Source of the DNA: the human T2T-CHM13v2.0 reference genome, Homo sapiens
Strand: one strand, 5' to 3'
Length of the DNA: 64,000 bases
NCBI RefSeq assembly: GCF_009914755.1
Contig: NC_060931.1
This document shows positions 53,761-64,000 of the stretch, in pieces. Under the pieces are notes generated by a model. The model was not told the DNA's origin. It saw nothing but the letters and a program-made list of their open reading frames with translations, and made no database searches. The position numbers were made by a program, and so were the translations under genes. Within the stretch, counting starts at the first letter, position 1; each line of letters begins with the position of its first letter.

Positions 53761-54163
53761 TTACTTTCTGTGTTCCCTCCATCACAGCACTTGCTTTAAT
53801 TTTTTAATTATATTTTTTGCTTGCTTGTTTTCTCCCTCCTACCCAGCAAAACTGTAAAATCCTAAAGGACAGAAACTAACTTTCCTTAATCATTTCCTTA
53901 ATCTAGCACCATTTCTTGTATGTTAAATATGTTTTTTAAACATTTCCAAGATAAATCAGCTAGTTAATGGTATTGGTAAGTAATGAATTTCTGACTAAAC
54001 CTCCTCAGTAACAGAGTGGACAGGGAATTTATGGTGTTCTGCATGATGAGTTCAAGGACTGTGAACTGGTGCTACCACAGTCAATAAAACAGGAAGCGTT
54101 ACCACCCTCACAATGCAGAAGTCGTAACGACACCTTGATTTAGTGATCAATAAGTGCTCAATT

Positions 54164-54620
54164 AGTGTTTAAACGAGGAGAAAGCTCTGAGTCATCTCGC
54201 TAATGAACAAAGAGAAAGAGCATGATTATATTCCCAGTGGAATAAAATAAAATAATTCTGTTATGACGTCACCAGCATGAAGGCCCTGAAAGGCAATATG
54301 TTTAGGATATTTCTCCATCTACGCTAGAGTTTCATTTTTGATGATGGGTACATAGAAAACAATGATTTATAAAATAATTCACAGGAAGTTGATTGTACCT
54401 TCAAAGATCGTCAGTATATAAAGCTTAAATTTCCAATTAAAATATTTCATCAGCTGAGAGGGGAGGGGAGAAGCCGGGGCCCAGATCTCTAAGTCCCTAT
54501 ATTTACGGGGCAGCAAAATCTGCACGGCAGCGCTGCAGCCTCTGGTCACGCACTTCCTGTGCTTATTCAGTCTTTGTTCATTAGCAAGATGACTAAGAGC
54601 TTTCTCCTCATTTAAACACT
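54164..54620. repeat. 50-bp inverted repeat (54164-54213 and 54571-54620; 47/50 identical) with 357-bp spacer
   Basis: AGTGTTTAAACGAGGAGAAAGCTCTGAGTCATCTCGCTAATGAACAAAGA versus the reverse complement of arm 2, AGTGTTTAAATGAGGAGAAAGCTCTTAGTCATCTTGCTAATGAACAAAGA. Confidence 0.95.
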
Positions 54621-55162
54621 GGACAGAAAAGAAAATGAGTTCTGGGTTTTCATGCATTTTTTTAAATACTGAGAAGCATCTATCTTAACAAAGAAGAAAA
54701 ATACCTAAGCCAAAATGCCACCAAGTGCTCATTTTCTGAATAACCGTTTGACAGCTGTGCTAAATGTCTGTGTGCTGGAATGACCACGGAGCTCATTAAT
54801 TCAAACTGGGACACCTCCGAGTGGGAAAGAATGACTTCCTGATAATTATGCTGAGTAACAGTAGAGACCAGGACTGTGAGGCCGACCATCGTGTGTAGGA
54901 GATTCCAAGGTGACACAGCCAAACTTATCAGAAGGTGGACCCTGGCTGCTGGTGGAATATTTGACATGACCGGTGCCCACGCCCCTCTCCCATTCCTCTT
55001 TCTTGAAATGGAGAGCAGGCAAGATGGGGGCAGTGGTGGAAGATGCTCCTCCTCCATGCACCCAGCAGCCCTGGGGAGCGGCAGGGTCGCAACCCAAGAG
55101 ATGAACCCCCAGTGGCCCCGTCACGAGCTCCCAACGGAAGGGATGTCCTAGTGCAGAGGCAG

Positions 55163-55752
55163 CCACCACGCTCGCCCCCTGTACTGGGAAGGCCGCCACG
55201 CTCGCCCCGCGATGGGGAAGGCCGCCACGCTCGCCCCGCGATGGGGAAGGCCGCCACGCTCGCCGCCTGATGGGGAAGGCCGCCACGCTCGCCCCGCGAT
55301 GGGGAAGGCCGCCACGCTCGCCCCCTGTATGGGGAAGGCCGCCACGCTCGCCCCCTGTATGGGGAAGGCCGCCACGCTCGCCCCCTGATGGGGAAGGCCG
55401 CCACGCTCGCCGCCTGATGGGGAAGGCCGCCACGCTCGCCGCCTGATGGGGAAGGCCGCCACGCTCGCCCCCTGATGGGGAAGGCCGCCACGCTCGCCGC
55501 CTGATGGGGAAGGCCGCCACGCTCGCCCCCTGTATGGGGAAGGCCGCCACGCTCGCCCCCTGATGGGGAAGCCCGCCACGCTCGCCCCCTGATGGGGAAG
55601 GCCGCCACGCTCGCCCCCTGATGGGGAAGGCCGCCACGCTCGCCCCCTGTACTGGAAAGGCCGCCACGCCCGCCCCCTGTAGGGGGAAGGCCGCCACGCT
55701 CGCCGCCTTGTATGGGGAAGGCCGCCACGCTCGCCCGCTGTATGGGGAAGGC
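55163..55752. repeat. CpG-rich 29-30-bp VNTR (~20 copies)
   Basis: GGGGAAGGCCGCCACGCTCGCCCCCTG(T)AT repeated, with cgccgcctg and ccccgcg variants. Confidence 0.97.
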
Positions 55753-57074
55753 TGCTTCCAGAGCACTCCGGGGCGTGTGTTGAGAATGCTGGTGCTGGAA
55801 TCCTAGTGCAGTAAGCCAGGAATGGAAAGACTTCAGTAAATACAACTGGTTAGTGTGACGAGGCCACGGGCCCTTTGGCCTAATGAGCACTGAGCTGCTG
55901 AGTCCAGCAGAACCACTGAGCACCTGGAAAGCATCCCAGGACATGCAGTACACTGTGCTCGGCCTAGGAAGGCATCCTGTCTCTGGCAGGAACTTGCTTT
56001 CCCCAGGGGCTGCTATGAGCCATCTCATGGGGCATCACTAGGATACCTCCCAATGGCTCATAGCACGAATTGCTCAATATCTACCAAAGACCTTCACTCT
56101 CAACAAGTTCCTGCAATTTGCTACGGTTTGTTTCTAATGTGTGGATGTTGCGGCTGCTTGGCCGACCTCACGTCTGGCTGCTGAGGGCAGGGAAGCACTG
56201 CAGCCATTCCATTTACCCTCGAGGCGAATCCATGCTGCGCCTTGTCCCACAAGCAAATTCCATTCTAACTCTGACTCTTTTATTTTAGTGCCAGGGCTAT
56301 TTAATAAAATAACTGAAACCGAAGGAGGAGCATGATGATGGGTTCAAAATGGAACAACTGAGGCTCCCATTGAATGAAACCAAATGCTGTTTGCAGGTGA
56401 CGACTCGCTCACTGGCCCATCCAAGGCACATTGGACGAGCCTCCAAGGCTACGCTCCTGCCTTTCTCTATTCAGTAGCCCGTGAAGAGGGCCCTTGGACG
56501 TCAGTCTAGGTGAGCACGCCACTGTCAAGTCAGGGGGGAAAGACAGGAAACTGCTTCACAGAAAAGTGTCAACTGATTTCCCTTCTCTCAAACTTCTTCC
56601 GAGTCTCTGAAACTTTTAATGACGCCTCCCCCTTCCCTCGTATGTTACTAAAACCATCTCTGGACTGCACGTGGGTTACTTTACTGATCATTCACTTCCA
56701 GCGTCTGGGGACGTGACGTCACGGCGCCGTTACAGAAGCCTGAAATCTCCCAGCAGCAGTGGAGGCAGAGCACAGGGCCCCACAGCCCTTCTGATAAAGA
56801 CACAGCGGGGCAGAGGAGGAGGACAAAGCAATGATTTCAGAGCTGGAGGTGCTAAATTACCAACGTTCAAGAGGGTGGGAGAAATGCCAGTTTCCACCGT
56901 GCTGTGCTGAGACCTGCTCTGTGGTGCCGAGGCACAGGTGTGCGGAGGGAATATGTTTGCCAGTGTCCTGGCGCCCTCTGATTCCTCTCATCAGAGTCGG
57001 AGACCTCCACTGAGCCTGGTTCAGACTCTCGACCTAATTTCTATTTCATTTTTTAAAGATTATTTTATCAACGA

Positions 57075-57260
57075 TAGTTACGGTTACAGCTATTGCTGAC
57101 TGGGCACTCCATGAGGAGCTTCACACGTGGCTCTCATGACACCTCCAGGGCCACTACCCCTGGTTTACAGCTGAGGACTCGAGGCACAGAAGCTGAGCGG
57201 CTCCCCCTGGCCCCAGAGCAGTGGGTGGAGGAGCCTCTGACCCAAGGACAGAGCTGCATG
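57075..57260 (-). mobile_element. MIR remnant
   Basis: cccctggtttacagctgaggactcgaggcacagaagctgagcggct resembles the reverse MIR core. Confidence 0.5.
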
Positions 57261-59293
57261 AAATCCACCTTCTGCATCCACAAAATCCAGCAGGATGTCT
57301 GGCGCACCAGACGTGCTTAGTTGCTCTCAGTTAATGAATAAAAACTTTAAATTTAGCCTGTTTAAAATAGTGTTAAGTGGACCAGACCCTCTAGGGTTAG
57401 GCCCACACAGAGAGACTCCCACAGGCTCCTGGAAGGCTTTGGGGCATGTTTTTCAGGCCAGCCAGTGGTCCTGATGGGAGGTGGGCCTGGCACAGAGCAG
57501 GGCTGGGACTGGCCTTTCATTGTGAGCCTAACCTTAGAGGGAGACCTGGGGCCCACAGAGCCCTGTGACCCTGTACTTCCACGAGGGCTGAAGACCCCCA
57601 CCCTCCACCATGAGGGGTGATTTCAACAAACCAGGAAACACAGTCCATGATCAGGAAAAACACAAATATGGCCCAGGTGCCACTGGGCCCTCCTGAGCAG
57701 CCTCTCAACTGTGGCCTGTGGGTCTGGCACCCCGTGGCCCCTGCATGGCTCTGGGCCAGCATCAGGGCTCTGTTTGGCGGCCGTGGACAGACTGGCTTCT
57801 GCATTCAAACGTCATTGTGACATCCTCCTGAAGAGGCAAGGCCACAGCAAAGATGGCTGCCCAGGAGCTGCCCTCGGAAAGGCTCCAGAGAACCATGGGG
57901 CCAAGGCCGGGCCTTCCCCAGGCACCACCTGCTAAGACACAGAAGTGCCTCAGCTTCCTCACCTGCCTGCACAGAACGTGCCACCTTGTGGGGCCAACTT
58001 CTGTGGAAACTCACCCTGTGGTTCCCACGCTTGGTGCAAGGTTCCAGGAAGCCCCTAAGCTGGCCTGGGATTGAGCTTAGTGGCCACGCGTCCTCTGGGA
58101 GGACTCTACCTTTCGAGGTCTGTGGGGGTTGCCCAGAGTTAACTTAAGTCATTTCAATGGCTCGATGGCAGGAACATAATAGAAACTGGGCCCACATTGC
58201 TTCCCACACATATCCCAGGGCCACAGCTCCTGGTGAGACCCCAGTGGAGTCCAAGAGGATGCAGAGGGTCCTCAGGCTTTCCTGTCTCACACCAGCATGG
58301 CTTCCATCTTAGAAAGGAAAGTGTGTCAAATTAGAGCTGATGTAACTAACGTTTGGCAGAAAAGGAGTGTGTGAGCGTCGCCATCAAACCCCCAATGTCC
58401 CCAGGGCCATCCTGGGCCTCAACACCTGGTCCAAAATCCTATCCCAGGAAGCTGGCAGGGCTGGGCTCCAAAGGTGATTTCTGCAGCTCTTGTCCCTCCC
58501 TCTTTCCAGGCAATGTGGGACCTGTGAACTCTGGCCTAACAAGTCGTCATAAAAATCATGCCTGCTTTTCCATTTACAAAATTTACTGAGATTCCTAATT
58601 CCGTGTCCTTAAGATGTTGAGTGGGCTTCGCATAGTGAAGGGTCTTGGGTGGCTCTGTGATGCGGGTCCTTGCAGCTCCCACTCGCCCTGCATAAACACT
58701 CCTGGGGTTCGCCTCCGAGCCTGTCTGGGGTCTGTGTGCCCAGGGCATCACCTTGTGTTTTGGTGCCCAGACCCTCATGCCCACAGGCAGATGGAGCCCT
58801 TACGCTGCCCTGGGCTGCCCCCGGGGCAGGCTTGCCGGGGAGCAGGAGCTTTCCTTGGATGCAGTAGTTGCACCTGGTGCCCCCTAATTCCAGCCATGTT
58901 CATGGCCCCTCAGTCTACCTCAGTCAGGTTTCAGTGTCCACTGCTGTCCCGGATCCTTTCTCAAAGGGTGAAGAGCAGCCACCTATCTCCTCTACCTCCC
59001 TGGTGTGCATCTGTGGTTTAAATGGTGGGCTTTCTGGAGTCACGACACCTTGTCCCAAGAAAGATCCTACAGAGCCTCACCCAGAGGACTAAGCATTTGT
59101 GGGGGTGGCTGGACTGGGAGCAGGTGTCGCTCTAAGGGGCCCCAGGAACACCGAAGCCCTGTTCACAGGATGCCCGCTGGCCCGGGAAACAGGCGCAAAG
59201 CCAAGAGGAGCCAGCGACTAAGGAAACATGCCCAGGTACCTGCACCCTGAAGGAAAAGCCAACCCCAGCCCGGGGAGGAAGTGGAAGGGTCAC

Positions 59294-59462
59294 CTCAGCG
59301 GGGGGTCTGTCCTGCGCCGTATGGGTCCTGGCGAGCACGTCTGAGGCTGGGGCCTGGGACAGGGCCTCCAGGAAGGGCAGGTGGCGTCGGAGGGCGTTGG
59401 CCAGGGCAGCACCGCCCTCCCGAGTGTACCTCCTCTCGCTGCCAACGCTGTGTTTTGAGGGC
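59294..59462 (-). CDS. PTPRN2: PTPRN2 coding exon (exon 5, 169 nt; about aa 127-183, luminal pro-region)
   Basis: Acceptor tttcttttgctttttcag|G, donor GAG|gtgacc; translates (R)[56 protein letters not shown]; ends in phase 0, matching the next exon. Confidence 0.96.
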
Positions 59463-60903
59463 CTGAAAAAGCAAAAGAAACCAGACATCAACCGCATGTT
59501 TGCTGGTGCCTGGAGCTGCTCTGTCCCCTGTGGTGCCTGGGTGCATGCAAGGGGCTGGGAGCCGGGCTCTCGGTGGCCGGCCTGGCCTTGCTGCTCCATG
59601 ACCATGGGTTTGAACTTCTCCCGGGCCCCCGAGCCTGTGTCCTGCACGAGGATGGCTAACAGCACCTGCCTCGTGGTTGTGGGGATGGACGATTGACCCC
59701 TGCTGAGAGCAGAAGACAGGAAGCAAAAGCAATACATGGGAAACAAGGGGAGGAGAGAAAGGGAGGAAGCTGCAGGTGTTGGCTGCAGGCTCAGCAGGAA
59801 TTCTCCAGGAGGCTGAGGCAGCCGGAGGCCGGGTGGGCATGGGGGGCCCAAGGCTTGGCATGGCTTCTGCTGGGTTTGTGGGTAGACCAAGGAAGGTGGC
59901 GGCCCAGAAGCTGGAAAAGGCAGGAACCAGGTTCTCGCCTGATAAATGTGCATTGTTTTAGGCCTTAGGTTGATGTACTTCGCCACAGCCTCGGGACGTC
60001 CATGCAGTGCTCTCAGCCCCTCCGCTGCAGTCCCTGCTGTTAAACAGTGATTCACGCACCGCCATCGCGTGCACCATGCAGGGCAGGGACGCCGGAGGCT
60101 AGAAGGACAAACACATGGGACGCTTCCCATGGGCAGACACATGTGGTGCCCACCCTGCTGAGGGCGGCAGGGGTAGGGCCAGCGAGGACAAGGCCAAGAA
60201 CCAGGCACGGCTGGCCAGGGGCCCCATGGGACAGCTGCGTGCTGAAGGCATAAATCCAGGAGGCAGCTGGACCTGTCAGCCACATGTGGCCCCCACTAAT
60301 GATGCTCAGAGTCCCTGAGAAAGCAGCCACTTGCCAGTGGGGCCCCCATCACCAGCTTGTGCAGCCACACGGAAAGGAAGAGCAGAACCAGGGAGATTCC
60401 CTGGAAAAGTCGCGGTAACGCCCAACAGGCCCCGGAGAGACAGAGTCAGGACTCCCCATGTTTATGGGGAGCCCTGGTGGAGGCCTGGGCATGCACAGAG
60501 GATGTCCGTGGCCCCCTGAGCCTGCGCCCTGTCCCCCTTTACCCTCAGCTGTGGCGGAGAGCTTGCCTGAGCCACGGGGCAGCGTCTCAGCCTGGGACAC
60601 GATGGGCATGGCCTCCCTAGGGATGGGCATGGCCCTCCCTGCCCAGCTCACCCGCAGACTCTGCCGCTGGTCTCTGCACCCAGGACTCAGCCGCCCAGAG
60701 CTTCACAGCCCCCATGGAGGCCTTTGCTTTTTCGCACATGACCAAAAGGGCCCAGAGCATGCTCCTAAATAAGGAAGATAATTCCCATAGGAGACGCCTC
60801 TACCAGCCAGGTTTAAGAACACCTGCGTGAGTGACTGCACCCCACCTCCACATTCCAGCAAGGCTCTGTCTCAAAAAAAAAAAAAAAAAGGAATATAATG
60901 TGA

Positions 60904-61047
60904 GGCCGGCATGGGGGCTCGCAGCTATAATCCTGGCACTTTGGGAAGTGGAGGCAGGAGGGTCACTAGAGCCCAGGAACTTGAGGCTGCAGTAAGCTAC
61001 GATAGCGCCGCTGTGCTCCAGCCTCAGGCAACAGAGGAAGACCCTGT
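60904..61047 (+). mobile_element. Alu monomer (FLAM-like)
   Basis: ggccggcatgggggctcgcagctataatcctggcactttgggaagtggaggcaggagggtcactagagcccagg...gaccctgtttc with an A-rich tail; an isolated Alu-like tail (ctctgtctc + poly A) also lies at 60864-60889. Confidence 0.75.
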
Positions 61048-61184
61048 TTCAACAACAACAAAAAAAGTGTGTGCACGCGCGCGCATGTGCGTGTGTGAGT
61101 TTGTGTAAGTGTGTGTGTGAGTGTGTGAGGGGTGTGAGTGCGTGTGTGCGTTTGTCTGTGTATGTGTGCGCCTGCACGCACACA
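61047..61184. repeat. (TG)n/(CG)n alternating purine-pyrimidine microsatellite
   Basis: gtgtgtgcacgcgcgcgcatgtgcgtgtgtgag... Confidence 0.9.
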
Positions 61185-61779
61185 CCATGCTTCTAATAAA
61201 ATGCAAAGATTTCGTAGACATGGAGTTTAGACACAGACCAAAGAGCTTTTAATTCTGGTTATTTTTAGTTTGTATAATTAATTGAGTGCGTCATTTATGT
61301 CCATAAAAGAACGGGCATCACCATTAAAAAGATGGGCCAGTCTGGGGGCCCTTGCTGTCCGGCTCTGCTGCCCACAGACAAGGGCAGGGCCCTCTGTGAA
61401 CCTGCCGCCCTCAGCAATGCTCCCAAATCCCCTTCCCGCTGAGAGCCATGCTCAGCGATGACCAATCACTTCAGGTCCGACTTGTGCTGCAGTGGACGGT
61501 CCAGACGCCACAGGCCCCGGCGCCATGCCCCACTGCCAGCACAAGACTCAGGCCTCCCTCATAACAGGCTTTACAGGTGCGGTCAGCTGCCATCTGCTTC
61601 TCTCAGGCCAGGGAGAGGCTAGGTCCGAGGTGGAGGCAGGTACTTTCCTGAGCGCCCAGGCACTGGCTGCCTCAGAGCCCTGGGGCATGGCTCCACCTTC
61701 ACCTTCTCAACATCTAAGTCTAGATCCTCGTTAGGGCAAGAAGCCCAAATTACAGATAGTGTATAACAGTCACGTTTAA

Positions 61780-63300
61780 CTGACCACAGGTTGCCTCCAA
61801 GGGACATCACACCACTTAACATATGAAATACGAGCCTTAAATAGATCCTTGCAATTCTCCCTCCAGCTCTGATGCAGGTGTTGACATGAATTCTGTTGAC
61901 AGCTATGTTATCAACCTCACAATACACTTTCATCATTTTTGTTTAATCAACTTCTTTAAATGTGATTTAAGTGACAGGAAAACACCATCTATCGGTGGAT
62001 GCAGTTGCCTTCGCGTGTTCTCTCATTGGTTTCCATCTGGCACCTTTCCCTTCTGCCAGAACGGCGGCTTTACCAGCCCTGGTCATGGAGCTCTGTGGGT
62101 GATGATGTCCTTCAGCGTCTGTATTTCTGAGAAAGCCAATAATTTTACCTTTGTATCTGAAGGATACTTCCATGGGATATGGAATTCTGGGTTGATGTTT
62201 GTTTGTTTGTTTTTCCTTTCAGTACTTTAAAAATGCTTTCCATCGTCTTCTGGCCTGGAGCATTCTCAAGGAGAAACCTGCAGTGGCCTTCATCATCTCA
62301 TCTCTCTATGAAATGCACCTTTTTTTCCTCTGGCTGCTTTTAAGGTTGGCTTTTTATCACTGGTTTTGAGAAATTTTATTATGATATTTCTTAGTCTTCA
62401 TGTTTCTTTTTTAGGGGGCTTATTGAGCTTTCTGGCTCTGTGAGTTTATCATTTTTATCATATTGAAACAATTTTCCTCATTATTTCTTCAAATGATTTT
62501 TCTGTTCCTGTCTCTCCCGCCTTGGGACTCCAGTTATACAGATATTTGGCCTTTAGATGTGTCCCATAGCTCACTGGTGTTTTTTTTTTTTTTTAATTAT
62601 CCTTCCTTGTTTCCTTATGGATAGTTCCTATTGCTGTGTCTTCAAGTTCACTAATATTTTCTACCACAGTGTCTAATCTGCTATTCATTCCACCCATGAA
62701 ATTTTCCTGTCTCCTACTTATTGTGTCTGTGTCAGTTCTGTGTCTACACTGATGAATTTTATGAGTTGCATTTTCCTGCTCCTTTTCATGCCAGATAATC
62801 CATGTCTATATATTCACATTGTGAATTTTACCTTATTGGGTGATGGACATTTGCAATCCCATAAATATTATTTACCTTTGCTCTGGCATTCAGTTAAGTT
62901 CCTTGGGACCAGTTCAACCCTCTCGGTTCTTACTTTTAAGTCTTGTTTGGCAGTATCAGAGCAGCAATTATCTATGACAAATTACTCCCCACTACTAAGA
63001 CAGGACTCTGTGGGCATTCTACCCAATTATCTGGAAATTATGAGGTTTGCAAGTCTTGATAGGTTTGAAGAAGCACTATGTCGCACCCTGTGTGAATGTC
63101 AGATACTGTTTGCTCTCATTTTTTTGGATGGTTCTTTTCCCTCATAGACACAAGGTCATCAGTCATCTACCAAATCCTCAGCAGTGGCTGAAAATCTCCA
63201 GGGCTCTCTGTGCACTCTTCTCTTTTATACTCTGACCTGTGAACTCAAGCTGCCTTGGTTTCCCCAGACCTTCAGCTCTGTCTCATCAACTCTGGCAGGC
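61780..63300 (-). mobile_element. Old L1M (ORF1/5' region) fragment
   Basis: ggatatggaattctgggttga...ctttcagtactttaaaaatgctttccatcgtcttctggc, and cattatttcttcaaat...gggactccagttataca are reverse L1 ORF1 region. Boundaries approximate. Confidence 0.7.
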
Positions 63301-63704
63301 CACTGAGCACCACTGTCCCTGAGGCAGCTGGGGGCAAGTGTCATCGCCACACAGCTGCGTCCCCTCCCAAAATGGCCCTCCACCATGGGGGTCTGCCTCA
63401 CCCACGTTTATACCCCATCTAGGGAGGTCTGCATCCCACACTGGTCCCCAGCCCCTGAGGAGGGGTGAGGGCTCCTGAGGCCTCTGTCATGACCACACTG
63501 AGTCCAACCTCTCCTCGGCCAAACCCGTCTCTTCACTTCCCCCATGAGGGGTCTTCCCAAGACCCTGCATTTGGACTTCAGGACTACAGAGTCTGCTGTC
63601 CAGACACCCAACCGAGATGTAGCTCCCCGGGCACCCCTGGGGCCCTGCCCACGGCTAGTGAGGATCTTGGGGGACTTCAATCCAGTGCCCCCGATGCCAG
63701 TGGA

Positions 63705-63897
63705 AAGGCGACTATAGATTTCTCCTTGAGAAGTGCTCCAGGCCAGAAGACGATGGAAAACATTTTTAAAGTAGTGAAAGAAAAAAAAGTAACCCAGAAT
63801 TCTATATCCCATGAAAATATCCTTCAAATACAAAGGTAGACTTATGGCTCTCTTAGAAATACGACACTGAAGGACATCATCCCCAGCAGAGCTCCAC
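63705..63897 (+). mobile_element. L1 ORF1-region fragment, inverted copy of 62086-62290
   Basis: gatttctccttgagaagtgctccaggccagaagacgatggaaaacatttttaaagt...aacccagaattctatatcccatgaaaatatccttcaaatacaaagg aligns to the reverse complement of 62086-62290. Confidence 0.85.
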
Positions 63898-64000
63898 AAT
63901 GAGGGATATGAACAGCCCAGGCTCCCTAGGCAGGCACAGGAGGTAGATATGAGTCAAGGAGCACCTGTATACGTATATATGTATATACATGTATGTGTGT

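Noticed and set aside
54846-56028. 306- and 366-aa ORFs
   Set aside because: Produced by the GC-rich 29-30-bp VNTR.
59132-60283. 383-aa ORF as a complete gene
   Set aside because: Only 59294-59462 matches PTPRN2; the rest is GC-rich intron that happens to be open.

Overview
Human (primate) genomic DNA from inside the PTPRN2 gene (IA-2beta/phogrin; subtelomeric 7q36.3), transcribed on the minus strand. Only two coding exons are present: 59294-59462 (169 nt) and 33954-34314 (361 nt). Both have canonical AG/GT ends, join in frame and encode part of the luminal pro-region (exons 5 and 6 by my recollection of the canonical transcript). Everything else is intron. About a third of the window is tandem repeat: a ~13.6 kb array of a 38-bp unit with higher-order structure, 11 further minisatellites and several microsatellites. 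Much of the rest is nested transposable elements: Alus, L1s, L2/MIR, three solo LTRs with target-site duplications and a Ricksha DNA transposon. The many ORFs in the supplied track are repeat or GC artefacts. I find no new multi-gene system. The best leads are non-coding: motif-carrying VNTRs (E-box/SRE, CTCF-like, CCAAT), a 50-bp near-perfect inverted repeat around an enhancer-like motif cluster, an inverted L1 duplication, a sense-oriented MER11 LTR with an intact poly(A) signal, an ORF1-deleted L1PB, and a possible in-frame alternative donor. TE subfamily names come from recalled consensus sequences and need RepeatMasker/Dfam confirmation. Copy numbers are estimates from length divided by period.
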